Origin: an uncultured delta proteobacterium
Lineage (GTDB): Bacteria; Desulfobacterota; Desulfobacteria; Desulfobacterales; SG8-13
Reading direction: 5' to 3'
Assembly: GCA_963848135.1 (NCBI GenBank)
Contig: CAWKCK010000017.1
Coordinates: 962,538 to 1,026,537 of the forward strand
DNA: 64,000 nt
Shown here: positions 18,639 through 29,089 of the stretch, piece by piece
Layout: each line of letters starts with the position of its first letter
How positions within the stretch are numbered: the stretch's first letter is position 1
Notes under the pieces: model-generated
The model's database searches: none
What the model was told of the DNA's origin: nothing
Seen by the model: only the letters and a program-made list of their open reading frames with translations
Program-made: the position numbers and the translations under genes

Positions 18639-19604
18639 TCAAGGTTTACCTTTGAAATAAATATAAAGGTCATCGAGCAGTTTGGCGCCTATTTCAATCC
18701 GATCGGTGTCGTTTTGATGGGCGGCGACAATCCCGGAGAACATGACATACATGCCATCGGCCTCCGGGCGTTGGTATTTCCGGTCTTTCAAGTCGATGTC
18801 ATGGACAATTTCAGCGAGTGGGTGGAGGGCCTTGTCTTTTATCCTGAAACTGTGGGTAATCTCTTCAAATGTGCACCTGTCACTTCGATGGGTATACTCG
18901 GCCTCGTACATGTCAAATCTGACTTCATCTTTTTGAGGGTTGTATTTTTGTGAGCCCACAAATTTGAATCTTGCCTTTTCATCGATAAAACGGGTTATCA
19001 GCCATGCGCTGGCAATTCTGTCCACAAATACGTTTTTACGGGTAACCCACACTTTACCAAGAAATTGTTTTGGGACTGTAAGAGGCTTTGGCTCTCCCTG
19101 AACGCCTGTGTATCTGGACAATAGTCCTGAAAGGGCATTTTCTGCACCAACCCTGCCCGAAGCTGAGAAAAAATCGATCGCGATGATTTCATCGAGCCTC
19201 TTTTGGAGCCTTCCTATCTGATTTCTGGTTTTTGTAACCGTCTCGGTGGCGGCCTTAGAATCCTTGTCGAGTTCATCGCTTATAGTCTTAATGTCTTCGA
19301 AGAGTTTTTCAAAGTCGGCGTTTCGGGCTTCCTGAAACTGGAAAACGATCTGATCGTCCGTCAGCCCTTCGATAAACTGAACCTTGCACAAACTGGCATC
19401 GCCCCCGCCTTCGATGATTTCTTTAATAATCCACCCAAAGTCCTCATAAGCCTGATCGCTTAGAGGCAATACATAGACGGATTGCTTAATCGCCATCGAT
19501 CCGACCTGTTGCAAACGCCGCCAGATTTTCACACGAAAATAATCCGGCTTGGGCGGTATTTGATGGATCAGAAGAAGCCATGTTTTTCTCGAAACGTGTT
19601 TCAT
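18639..19604 (-). CDS. chrB: Chromate resistance regulator ChrB
   Basis: RVKIWRRLQQVG, WVTRKNVFVDRIASAWLITRFID, FDMYEAEYTH..CTFE; upstream of chrA. Confidence 0.92.
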   Translation of the reverse strand: MKHVSRKTWLLLIHQIPPKPDYFRVKIWRRLQQVGSMAIKQSVYVLPLSDQAYEDFGWIIKEIIEGGGDASLCKVQFIEGLTDDQIVFQFQEARNADFEKLFEDIKTISDELDKDSKAATETVTKTRNQIGRLQKRLDEIIAIDFFSASGRVGAENALSGLLSRYTGVQGEPKPLTVPKQFLGKVWVTRKNVFVDRIASAWLITRFIDEKARFKFVGSQKYNPQKDEVRFDMYEAEYTHRSDRCTFEEITHSFRIKDKALHPLAEIVHDIDLKDRKYQRPEADGMYVMFSGIVAAHQNDTDRIEIGAKLLDDLYIYFKGKP

Positions 19605-19621
19605 ATTTTAACCTATCAATC

Positions 19622-19658
19622 GTTACACAACTATTATAACAGCTGTAACTTTTGTCAA
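19622..19658 (-). promoter_or_regulatory. chrB promoter with inverted-repeat operator candidate
   Basis: GTTACA-N16-TGTAAC (19622-19649) overlapping minus-strand TTGACA and TATAAT/TAATAG elements. Confidence 0.5.
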
Positions 19659-20054
19659 CCAAAAGTGTGACTCGTGTAAATCGACAAGAGCTATGAATCC
19701 AGACGCTTTAGACCCGCAGAGCTTAAAGAGCGTCCCCTTTCACCAGCAACCGGGCGTCATCGCGGTTTATAATGCGTCAAATCAACAGCTTGTCGATGCC
19801 ATGAAAGCCAAATTATTGACGTATATATCGCAGATCGCTTGATGAACTCATTCATTATTTGTGCCATATTTCCAATAACATACTGTTATTATTTAACTTA
19901 ATATCATTAAGTTTATTTGGCCCGAATTTTGCTGAAAGTATTTGTGAATGAATGCAAACAAACCACAGCCACATCGATGGACGGCGCCTCGCCGAGTGGC
20001 GGCAGATATTAAAATTGGGAATCGTGACAAGAAAATTCAAACCCGGAGGGACAT

Positions 20055-20402
20055 ATGGCCTTAAGTGAAAAGAGAAGATCTGATCGGAAACCATGCTTTT
20101 TCTATACGGATTATGCCTACAAAGGAAGAGTTTACCGGGATTTCATAAAAAATATCAGTTCTGGTGGGGCTTTCATTGAAACCACCAACGCCATCCCGTT
20201 GGGCCAGGAAGTCGTCTTGACCTATTCGGAACCGGTATCGGTACTTCCGGTAAAAACCTCCCCAATTGGTCAGGAGATCATGGTGCCCCTTACCGAGCCG
20301 GTATCTATTGCACCGGTAAAAAAAATCGGCAATGTGGCCTGGGTCGGTCCGGAAGGATTCGGTGTCGAATTCAGACCGGTAAGAGATCACTATACCATCT
20401 GA
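20055..20402 (+). CDS. PilZ-domain protein with an internal 22-aa duplication
   Basis: RRSDR (RxxxR) and NISSGG (NxSxxG) motifs; GFGVEF at the C-terminus. Confidence 0.85.
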   Translation: MALSEKRRSDRKPCFFYTDYAYKGRVYRDFIKNISSGGAFIETTNAIPLGQEVVLTYSEPVSVLPVKTSPIGQEIMVPLTEPVSIAPVKKIGNVAWVGPEGFGVEFRPVRDHYTI

Positions 20403-20419
20403 AATGTACTGAGTCCTTA

Positions 20420-20842
20420 TTACCAATTGCGCCAAAAAACGTAGCTGCTGACATACAGGGCTGTAGCGATGGAAAAATCGAGCACGGCAACACCGATGAG
20501 AAACGGATAGTTATTCTGGGCCTGATTTGACATAAATGCTCCCGCCAAGATCATGGCCAGCAGAAAAAGGAAGAATCGCGGACTGAAGCATTGCCAGATC
20601 CCGGGATGCTCCAAAGCATCTATTCTCTCCAGGTTTTTCCGACAACTTCTGATAAACAGTAACTTAGCCTTTGTAATCCCGATTAGCACTCCGGCAGCAA
20701 TCGCCAACCACGGCCAAACGAGCGCCGGTTGCATCGTATTTGCTTCTGCCAGCAAAAGCCACCCTTTTAACAACAGAACTATCCCCCCTGCATACCAGAT
20801 GAAGGCCGCAACTATTTTAACCCTGCGAGTTGACATCGGCAT
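20420..20842 (-). CDS. Hypothetical membrane protein
   Basis: About four hydrophobic segments; no recognised motif. Confidence 0.65.
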   Translation of the reverse strand: MPMSTRRVKIVAAFIWYAGGIVLLLKGWLLLAEANTMQPALVWPWLAIAAGVLIGITKAKLLFIRSCRKNLERIDALEHPGIWQCFSPRFFLFLLAMILAGAFMSNQAQNNYPFLIGVAVLDFSIATALYVSSYVFWRNW

Positions 20843-20958
20843 GGAAGAATCTCGTTTTGGGGTCGTTTAATTCAGGCTCGGTCTTATCAGCGGAGAATTC
20901 TGATTTTCCGGTTGTCCTCCCCCAACGGAAGGGTAATTCCTATCGATGTTGCGACGTT

Positions 20959-21618
20959 TTAACCCGGCGATGACACGGAAAACGCCAGCAAAAACTGTCC
21001 GGTATAGTAAAGCGGCAGACCGAGGAGGCGGTTCAAAAACGCCCTATTTATGAACCGGTTTCGGGCCACAAATAAATCCGATATGTAAAAAGCCAACGCT
21101 CCCGCCGGCACCATGATCTGGAGCCGCAGAGGCATCGCGTTCTCTCCCAGCAGCGACACGGCAACAGTGAGCATGAGGGAAATGACAACAATGTAAGCCG
21201 TCACCGGCCCCTTCATCTTTGGTTCCAAATGCGGCTGGAGCCATCGGGAAACGATGGCCGCGTTGACGAAAACAGCCGCCGCCCCGACGGCCGTCCAGCG
21301 ATTAAGGCCAACTATATTGTAAAAGGCGGCCGTATACCACAGGTGCCCTCCAAGAAACGCTACCAATCCGGTCAGAAAGAACGATCGCCGCTCAAAGATT
21401 AGGCAAGCGTCCCCAAGCAGGCAAAACACCAGTCCGGTCAGCATCAATCGATAATAGGTCGGATTTGGATGGGGTTGAACAACGGCAGTCAGCACGAACA
21501 GAGCCGAAAGCGGCAATTTGGTTGCCAGCTTGCCGCCCATGCTGCCGATATTTTCAAATACCAGCAGTCCGGCCAACAAACTCAGCGCGATAACGAGAAT
21601 CAATGTATTTATATGCAT
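20959..21618 (-). CDS. yhhN: Lysoplasmalogenase (YhhN family)
   Basis: GLVFCLLGDACL, FLTGLVAFLGGHLWY, GALAFYISD, LPLYYTGQ; start at ATG 21618 after GGAGG. Confidence 0.85.
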   Translation of the reverse strand: MHINTLILVIALSLLAGLLVFENIGSMGGKLATKLPLSALFVLTAVVQPHPNPTYYRLMLTGLVFCLLGDACLIFERRSFFLTGLVAFLGGHLWYTAAFYNIVGLNRWTAVGAAAVFVNAAIVSRWLQPHLEPKMKGPVTAYIVVISLMLTVAVSLLGENAMPLRLQIMVPAGALAFYISDLFVARNRFINRAFLNRLLGLPLYYTGQFLLAFSVSSPG

Positions 21619-21661
21619 ACACACCCAATACCAGCCCTCCACTATCAAACCACTTAAAACG

Positions 21662-21688
21662 TCAGGGCGGGGTAAAGACCCGCCCTGA
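21662..21688. terminator. Hairpin between gdhA and yhhN
   Basis: TCAGGGCGGG-N7-CCCGCCCTGA perfect 10-bp stem. Confidence 0.5.
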
Positions 21689-21792
21689 TAGAAAAAATGT
21701 TCGTCCTTTAATCCTGCATGAAAGATTATCAAGGGTAAAACTATTTTTGAATAACGACAATTTGAGCGAACGATAGCAATAAACCCAAAAAT

Positions 21793-23142
21793 CTATACGA
21801 GTCCTTGATCCATCATCGCATCCACGACTTTGAGGAACCCGGCGATATTGGCCCCGATCACGTAGTTCCCGGCTTGACCATACTGCTCGGCAGCCGCGAC
21901 ACAGGTCTTATGAATGCTCTTCATGATCATCTGGAGCCGGCTGTCGACCTCTTCGCGGGTCCATGAAAGTCTCATGCTGTTTTGGGTCATCTCCAAACCG
22001 GAGACCGATACGCCACCGGCATTGGCCGCCTTGCCAGGACCGTATAGCAGCTTGTTTTCGAGGAAAATATCGACGCCTTCCGGCACGGTAGGCATGTTGG
22101 CCCCTTCAGAAACCAAATTGACCCCGTTGTCGACCAATGTCTGGGCATCTTTGGCGCTGATTTCGTTCTGCGTCGCGCTGGGAAAGGCACAGTCGGCCTT
22201 GTGACCCCAAAGGGGGTTGACCTCAGGGGAGAGATCAAGGGGGGTGTAAACCGCCTCGTGATATTTCTCGGCATACTCCTTGATACGCCCCCGCCGAACA
22301 TTTTTAAGCAGCTTGATGTAAGCCAGCTTTTTAGCGTCGATACCGCTCTCATCGTAAATGTATCCTGATGAGTCAGACAGCGTCACGATCTTGGCCCCGA
22401 GGTCGATCAGTTTCTCGACCGTAAACTGGGCAACATTTCCGGAACCGGACACCAGGCAGGTTTTGCCCTCAAGCGTCTGGTCTCGGGTGGCCAACATCTC
22501 GGCGGCAAAATAGACCGAACCGTAACCAGTGGCTTCCGGCCGGATAAGGCTGCCGCCCCAGTTGAGGCTTTTACCGGTCAGCACACCGGTGAATTCGTTG
22601 CGGAGTTTTTTGTACATGCCGAACAGAAAGCCGATCTCCCTGGCCCCAACGCCAATGTCACCGGCCGGCACGTCCGTGTTCGGTCCGATATGGCGGGACA
22701 GTTCGCACATGAAACTCTGGCAGAATCGCATCACCTCGTTGTCGGATTTGCCTTTGGGATCGAAATCCGCCCCCCCTTTGCCGCCGCCCATCGGAAGCGT
22801 TGTCAGCGCATTTTTAAACACCTGTTCAAATGCCAAGAATTTCAGGATCCCCAGGTTCACCGATGGGTGAAACCGCAGGCCGCCCTTATAGGGACCGATG
22901 GCGCTGTTCATCTCAATTCGAAATCCCCTGTTCACCTGAGCCTGTCCCTGGTCGTCCAGCCATGGTACCCGGAACATGATCACCCGTTCCGGTTCAGCCA
23001 GTCTTTCAAGGATTTTGGCTTGGCGATATATGGGGTTCTGGTCCAAAACGGGTTTTACCGATTCAAATACTTCGCTCACTGCCTGGTGAAATTCTTTTTC
23101 ATGCGGATCCTTGTTGATGACCAGTTGTAGTACGTCGTCCAT
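21793..23142 (-). CDS. gdhA: NADP-specific glutamate dehydrogenase
   Basis: GPYKGGLRFHPSVN, GGGKGG, DVPAGDIGVG, RPEATGYG, KAANAGGV. Confidence 0.97.
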   Translation of the reverse strand: MDDVLQLVINKDPHEKEFHQAVSEVFESVKPVLDQNPIYRQAKILERLAEPERVIMFRVPWLDDQGQAQVNRGFRIEMNSAIGPYKGGLRFHPSVNLGILKFLAFEQVFKNALTTLPMGGGKGGADFDPKGKSDNEVMRFCQSFMCELSRHIGPNTDVPAGDIGVGAREIGFLFGMYKKLRNEFTGVLTGKSLNWGGSLIRPEATGYGSVYFAAEMLATRDQTLEGKTCLVSGSGNVAQFTVEKLIDLGAKIVTLSDSSGYIYDESGIDAKKLAYIKLLKNVRRGRIKEYAEKYHEAVYTPLDLSPEVNPLWGHKADCAFPSATQNEISAKDAQTLVDNGVNLVSEGANMPTVPEGVDIFLENKLLYGPGKAANAGGVSVSGLEMTQNSMRLSWTREEVDSRLQMIMKSIHKTCVAAAEQYGQAGNYVIGANIAGFLKVVDAMMDQGLV

Positions 23143-23391
23143 GGCCGCCTCCCTGGGTTAAACATCATTAATTAACAATGGATCATGGCAGGCTAATCAA
23201 AAAGTAGATTCAACTACTTAAAGCACCCTGCCATATTTCGGAATCTATTTTTGAATAGCGGTAAAAAAGAATGCGCCTCTAAAGAATTGGTAACAAACTT
23301 GCTACGGGGACACAAGCGAAAACGAATCCCCCGTGTCGCTGGCGATTGTTCCTGTCTGCATCCCCTTCTTAATGCGGATGGCAAATGAAAA

Positions 23392-23420
23392 CCTCACGAG
23401 ATCCTAACACAATCCTAACA
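23392..23420 (+). promoter_or_regulatory. Putative Pho box upstream of pstC
   Basis: CCTCACG/CCTAACA/CCTAACA at 23392, 23403 and 23414 (11-bp period). Confidence 0.75.
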
Positions 23421-23514
23421 GTAGATCCTTAAATACAGATCACGCTTCACGGCAAGCTCGACATCAATCGGCCGCTACACAACCGGGTAACGCAAGGGCA
23501 GAAAATTGAATTCA

Positions 23515-24930
23515 ATGACAAGCAATTATATGGCAGTTTTTATATCGCCATCCACTCTCATTGCCGTTCTCCTGGCACTGTCTTCCGTGGCTTATATCTT
23601 GGGCCGTCGCCGCGCCTTCGCAGTGGCGGGCACCCCTGACAAGGTCAAGACACTCCATTCGCGCCCCACCTATTATGGCGTCCTGACAGCGATCTGGTGC
23701 GGCATTCCAGCACTGATTCTTTTTGGTTTCTGGCTCGCTTTTGAGCAGGCAATCATCACCAACCTGGTGGTGGCTGATTTACCCGAAAATATTCGTAGCC
23801 TGGCGCCGGATCGCCTGAATCTGGTCGTCAACGACATAAAGAACCTTGTCAGCGGAAACATTGTCTCCGGGCGTATCGATCCGTCCATGCAAAAGGCAGC
23901 GGCCCATTTTCGTCACCTGGTCAATGTCAGCCATGGTGCCCTGATGGTCGTTGTCCTTGCTCTTGCGGTCCTGGCCACCTTGATCGTCCGGCTTAAAATC
24001 ACCCCGAAGATGCGCGCCCGGAATCATGTCGAAAACATTACCATGGTCATTTTGATAGGCTGTTCGACTGTTGCCATATTTACGACGATTGGCATCATCC
24101 TATCGGTATTGTATGAGGCCATACGTTTTTTTAACAAAATATCGATCTGGGAATTTCTGTTCGGCTTGACCTGGAGTCCCCAGATGGCCATACGTGCCGA
24201 CCAGGTCGGCTCTTCCGGTGCCTTCGGTTCTGTGCCGGTTTTTGTCGGCACGCTTCTGATTTCGGCCATCGCCATGACTGTCGCCGTTCCGATCGGCCTG
24301 ATGTCGGCCATTTATCTTTCTGAATATGCCAATCCCCGGTTTCGTTCGACGGCCAAGCCATTACTGGAAATCCTGGCCGGAATTCCAACGGTGGTTTACG
24401 GTTTCTTTGCCGCCCTTGTGGTGGCACCAATGATCCGAAACGCGGGTACGCTCGTTGGTCTCGACGTGTCATCCGAGAGCGCCCTGGCAGCGGGTCTGGT
24501 CATGGGCATCATGATCATACCGTTCGTTTCTTCGATCTCAGATGACGTCATTAATGCCGTACCGCAGGCGATGAGAGACGGTTCTTACAGCCTCGGTGCC
24601 ACCAAATCAGAGACCATCAAACAGGTTGTGATCCCAGCTGCGCTGCCCGGCATCGTCGGCGGTGTCCTTCTGGCCATATCCAGAGCCATTGGGGAAACCA
24701 TGATCGTTGTCATGGCCGCCGGGCTGGCAGCCAATCTGACCCTCAATCCCTTAAGCGCCGTCACGACGGTGACCGTCCAGATTGTCACGCTGCTGGTGGG
24801 AGACCAGGAATTCGACAGCCCAAAAACTCTGGCTGCTTTTGCCTTGGGCCTCCTGCTGTTTGTCATCACCTTGGTCCTCAACATCATCGCTCTTTATGTC
24901 GTGCGCAGATACCGTGAACAATATGAATAA
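23515..24930 (+). CDS. pstC: Phosphate ABC permease PstC with N-terminal extension
   Basis: LHSRPTYYG, EILAGIPTVVYG, SRAIGETMIV; start uncertain between 23506, 23515 and 23530. Confidence 0.95.
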   Translation: MTSNYMAVFISPSTLIAVLLALSSVAYILGRRRAFAVAGTPDKVKTLHSRPTYYGVLTAIWCGIPALILFGFWLAFEQAIITNLVVADLPENIRSLAPDRLNLVVNDIKNLVSGNIVSGRIDPSMQKAAAHFRHLVNVSHGALMVVVLALAVLATLIVRLKITPKMRARNHVENITMVILIGCSTVAIFTTIGIILSVLYEAIRFFNKISIWEFLFGLTWSPQMAIRADQVGSSGAFGSVPVFVGTLLISAIAMTVAVPIGLMSAIYLSEYANPRFRSTAKPLLEILAGIPTVVYGFFAALVVAPMIRNAGTLVGLDVSSESALAAGLVMGIMIIPFVSSISDDVINAVPQAMRDGSYSLGATKSETIKQVVIPAALPGIVGGVLLAISRAIGETMIVVMAAGLAANLTLNPLSAVTTVTVQIVTLLVGDQEFDSPKTLAAFALGLLLFVITLVLNIIALYVVRRYREQYE

Positions 24931-26224
24931 GTCTTCCCATAACAATTCTTCGAATACCAAGAGTTCAACCCGCACCATCGATATCGTCAACCGGAGTCTT
25001 TCCCGCCGCTACAAGGCTGAACGGAGATTCCGGTTCTACGGCCTTTCGGCTATCATTCTTAGCCTGGTTTTTCTGTCTTTCCTCTTTTTCAGCATCATCA
25101 GTAAGGGCTATCCGGCCTTTCAGAAGACATACGTCAAACTGGACATTTTTTATGATTCCGATGTGCTGCGCCAGGACGCGCTTTCCACGGCCGATTACTC
25201 TGCATTGGTCAAGGCATCTCTTCGAAGCCTGTTTCCGGAAGTATCGAGCCGCAGGGACAAGCGAAACCTTTATCGTTTGGTCAGTTCGGGGGCGGCCTTC
25301 CAATTGCGCGCAATGGTTCTCAGTGACCCGGACGTCATCGGCCGGACCCAACCGGTGTGGGTCCCGGCCGATGATGACCTGGATATGCTGATAAAAGGTC
25401 ATTCTGATCGCAGTGCAGCGGAAAGCGACCGCCGGCTCAATGATAAACAACTGTCCTGGATCGAGACTCTCGAAGGCGATCACCGGATCGAACACCGCTT
25501 CAACCGTACGTTTTTCACTGCCGGCGACTCCCGCGAACCGGAACTCGCCGGCGTCTGGGGTGCTGTGATGGGGTCTTTCCTGACCTTGGTGATCACCCTT
25601 TTGTTGTCATTTCCCATCGGGGTCGCCGCTGCGATTTACCTGGAGGAGTTTGCGCCCAAGAACCGTTGGACCGACCTGATAGAGGTCAACATCAACAACC
25701 TGGCGGCCGTGCCGTCGATAGTTTTCGGGCTGCTGGGGCTGTCCGTTTTTCTCAATTTCTTCGGCCTTCCCCGCTCCGCACCACTTGTGGGGGGCCTGGT
25801 ACTCACCTTGATGACCCTGCCGACCATCATCATTGCCAGCCGGGTGTCCCTACAGTCGGTTCCGCCCTCTATTCGCGAAGCGGCATTAGGTGTGGGTGCT
25901 TCCAAGATGCAGATGGTCACCCACCATGTCCTGCCGTTGGCCTTGCCCGGTATGCTGACCGGAACGATCATCGGCATGGCCCGGGCACTGGGCGAATCCG
26001 CCCCCCTGCTGATGATCGGTATGGTGGCTTTTATCGTGGACATTCCGCGGGGATTCACAGACCCGGCCACAGTTCTACCGGTTCAGATTTACTTGTGGGC
26101 CGACAGCCCGGAACGTGCATTTGTTGAACTCACCTCCGCCGCTACTATCGTTCTGCTGGCATTCTTAATTGCCATGAACGCGACAGCCGTTATCCTGCGC
26201 AAACGATTCGAGCGCCGCTGGTAA
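24923..26224 (+). CDS. pstA: Phosphate ABC permease PstA
   Basis: NINNLAAVPSIVFGLLG, ARALGESAPL; start at ATG 24923 overlapping pstC. Confidence 0.95.
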   Translation: MNKSSHNNSSNTKSSTRTIDIVNRSLSRRYKAERRFRFYGLSAIILSLVFLSFLFFSIISKGYPAFQKTYVKLDIFYDSDVLRQDALSTADYSALVKASLRSLFPEVSSRRDKRNLYRLVSSGAAFQLRAMVLSDPDVIGRTQPVWVPADDDLDMLIKGHSDRSAAESDRRLNDKQLSWIETLEGDHRIEHRFNRTFFTAGDSREPELAGVWGAVMGSFLTLVITLLLSFPIGVAAAIYLEEFAPKNRWTDLIEVNINNLAAVPSIVFGLLGLSVFLNFFGLPRSAPLVGGLVLTLMTLPTIIIASRVSLQSVPPSIREAALGVGASKMQMVTHHVLPLALPGMLTGTIIGMARALGESAPLLMIGMVAFIVDIPRGFTDPATVLPVQIYLWADSPERAFVELTSAATIVLLAFLIAMNATAVILRKRFERRW

Positions 26225-26233
26225 GGCAATCAT

Positions 26234-26272
26234 CTAACAAAAAACTAACGTTCCTCTCATGCCGACTTAACG
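26234..26272 (+). promoter_or_regulatory. Putative Pho box upstream of pstS
   Basis: CTAACA/CTAACG/CTCATG/TTAACG at 26234, 26245, 26256 and 26267. Confidence 0.8.
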
Positions 26273-26450
26273 ATGGTTCTTCATATTCAGTCGAGGTTGA
26301 GATGCACGCTCATTGGAAAGAACGCAAAATGAACAAACATAATCTTAGCAATCCACCATCGAACGCCAGTGGTCGTTTACATTTAACCAAAAAGTTAGGT
26401 CCTTTCGGAATTAACCATCTAACTCACTAAGTCATTTCAAGGAGGATGTA

Positions 26451-27506
26451 ATGTTCAAGAAAGCTATTTTATTCACCATCGTCCTTTTAATTGCCGTGGC
26501 CGGTTTTAGCGGCGCGGCCTCTGCCCAATCCGCCAGAGACTACATCAGCATCGTCGGCTCTTCCACGGTGTACCCGTTCGCGACGGTTGTCGCCGAGCGG
26601 TTCGGTAAAACCACCCAGTTCAAGACCCCTAAAATCGAATCGACCGGTTCCGGCGGCGGGCTCAAACTCTTTTGCGCCGGTGTCGGCACCGAGCATCCCG
26701 ACATCACCAATGCCTCACGGGCAATTAAGAAGTCCGAATATGAAAAATGTATGGCCAATGGTGTGAAGGAAGTAGTGGAAGTCAAGATCGGCTATGACGG
26801 CATCGTGGTGGCCAACGCTAAAAAAGCCAAGCCGCTGAACCTTACCCGCAAGGATCTTTTCCTGGCCCTGGCAAAAGACGTCCCCGACCCCAGTGGCGCT
26901 GAAAACACTGTTCCCAATCCCTATAAAACCTGGAAAGACGTGAATTTTTCTCTGCCCAACGTCAAGATCGAGGTTCTCGGTCCGCCGCCGACCTCCGGCA
27001 CGAGAGATGCTTTCGTCGAACTGGCCATGGAAGCCGGCGCCAAGGAGTTTGGCTGGCTCAAGGCACTCAGAAAAAGTGACAAGAAAAAATTTAAGGGGAT
27101 CGCGCACACAGTTCGCGAAGATGGCGCCTATGTCGAGGCTGGCGAAAATGATAACCTGATCATTCAAAAGCTCGAGGCTAACCCCAATGCCTTGGGGATT
27201 TTCGGCTTCAGTTTCCTGGACCAGAACACGGATAAGATCCAGGGTTCTTATATCGATGGTGAGAAGCCGACCTTTGAAAACATCGCCGATGGCAAGTACC
27301 CGGTCTCCCGCCCGCTGTTCTTTTACGTCAAGAAAGCGCACGTGGATGCCATCCCGGGTATGAAGGACTACCTTGTTGAGTTCACCAGCGAGAAGTGCTG
27401 GGGTGACGATGGTTACCTGGCAGAAAAAGGGTTGATTCCGATGCCGAAGGCGGAACGGGAACAATTCAGTAAAGACGTCGCGAGCCTGAAACCGCTCTCT
27501 ATGTAA
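26451..27506 (+). CDS. pstS: Phosphate ABC substrate-binding protein PstS
   Basis: Signal peptide; IVGSSTVYPF, ESTGSGGG, GPPPTSGTRDAF, YPVSRPLF. Confidence 0.95.
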   Translation: MFKKAILFTIVLLIAVAGFSGAASAQSARDYISIVGSSTVYPFATVVAERFGKTTQFKTPKIESTGSGGGLKLFCAGVGTEHPDITNASRAIKKSEYEKCMANGVKEVVEVKIGYDGIVVANAKKAKPLNLTRKDLFLALAKDVPDPSGAENTVPNPYKTWKDVNFSLPNVKIEVLGPPPTSGTRDAFVELAMEAGAKEFGWLKALRKSDKKKFKGIAHTVREDGAYVEAGENDNLIIQKLEANPNALGIFGFSFLDQNTDKIQGSYIDGEKPTFENIADGKYPVSRPLFFYVKKAHVDAIPGMKDYLVEFTSEKCWGDDGYLAEKGLIPMPKAEREQFSKDVASLKPLSM

Positions 27507-27514
27507 ATTGATAC

Positions 27515-27781
27515 CTACCCCTGGAAATTTCATCAATTGGAGGCTTTTATGGCCAAGGCATTTCGAGGTGATGCTGTAGTCAGTCTACCGCGATCCTCGA
27601 ATAACGCCGGCCATGGGAGCCTCCGGTTGACCCGAAGGGTGCAATCTTTTCAGCTCTTTCATTAGATCTTGGGGAGGTACAAAGTGTCCCATGTTTATGC
27701 GGTTCATAAATTTGACCAATGCACCGATATGGCTTCCTTTTTTTCTACTCGGTGAAAAGATTTCATGAAATATTCGGGCTA
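27515..27781. mobile_element. MITE family A, copy 1 (267 bp)
   Basis: Imperfect TIRs CTACCCCTGGAAATTTCAT...ATGAAATATTCGGGCTA; colinear with and the same length as 45575-45841. Confidence 0.75.
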
Positions 27782-27908
27782 AGGAAGCGAATGCTGCAGG
27801 CAGGCAGGGTCATCCAGCCGGCCTGTTTTACCATCTTGCTTGCTCAGGTTGTCATCGTTTTCAAAATTAGATGAACGGATTGACAGTTTGGCCCTATCGG
27901 TTTTATGT

Positions 27909-29089
27909 TAAAACTAAAGTGAGCGTTTCAAAATTTAAAGGATCACATGGGCATTCGCAGCAAAGTCTCAAAAAGCACATTAGCAGATGCGAATGAAAAA
28001 CGTGACTGGCGCATTTACAGAGACTTTGCCAAAATTCTGATCGATGAAGCCCGCAGACTCTATGCCGGTGAAGATTTTGGTCTGCAATTGCAAGAGACCA
28101 TCTATGCTTTGGATGCGACCATCATAGATCTATGTCTTTCCGTATTCCCATGGGCGCAATTTCGGAAAACAAAAGCGGCAATCAAGTTACATACCCTGCT
28201 TGACTTGCGCGGCAATATTCCCTCTATGATTGCCATTACCGATGGCAAGGTGCATGAGGTAAACATCCTTGACCGGCTGGAGGCTGAAATCGGTTCGATT
28301 TATATCATGGATCGCGGCTATCTGGATTTTAAAAGGCTCTATACGCTCCATCAGGTGCCGGCCTTCTTCATCATTCGTTCAAAATCGAACCTGGCCTTCC
28401 GTCGCATTTACTCGCGGCCGATCGATAAAAGCTGCGGTCTGCGCTGTGACCAAATCATTGTGTTGGCGAATTACTACGCCAAAAAAGATTATCCGGAGCA
28501 GATCAGGCGAATCAAATACCACGATGCGCTTACCGACAACCGGTTGACTTTTTTGACCAATCACTTTCGCCTTCCGGCGATAACGATTGCCGATCTTTAC
28601 AAGTGCCGATGGCAAGTGGAATTGTTCTTCAAGTGGATCAAACAGCATCTGCGAATTAAAAAGTTCTATGGTACGTCTGAAAATGCCGTAAAAACCCAAA
28701 TCTGGATTGCCATCAGTGTCTATGTGCTGGTTGCCATTATGAAAAAAAAGATGAAAATCGACCTGAGCCTCTACACAATGTTACAGATTTTTAGCATCAC
28801 TCTTTTCGAGAAAATCCCCATTTTACAAACGCTCACAGAGACCAATTACAAAAACAAAATGACTAGCAACTGTATCCAATTGAAATTATTCGATAGTTAA
28901 CCGGACACTAATGGGGGAACTGCTTTTTTATAAGGAATTCTATCAAAGTTTGATTTTAAAATTTGAATCCCCATCGGGATTGCCGATCTTGCCGCATCTA
29001 CGGCGTCATATGCCATCCCGCATAGCCTGACTATAGCGGAATGACATCATCCTTGTAGCTGCGGCACGACAATCGCTCAAATTAGATTA
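27909..29089. mobile_element. MITE family B, copy 1, interrupted by an IS4 fragment
   Basis: 27909-27942 joined to 28914-29089 reconstitutes a copy of 41401-41644. Confidence 0.75.
27943..28913 (+). mobile_element. 5'-truncated IS4-family element (transposase ORF 27947-28900)
   Basis: DDE motifs ALDATIIDL, IMDRGY and YKCRWQVELFFKWIKQHL; right end ACCGGACACTAATG present; left end and N-terminal domain absent. Confidence 0.9.

Noticed and set aside
23288..23303. TGGTAACAAACTTGCT as a sigma54 promoter for pstC
   Set aside because: It fits GG-N10-GC but weakly at -24, lies upstream of the Pho box, and PhoB-type activators work with sigma70; it may be chance or a gdhA operator.
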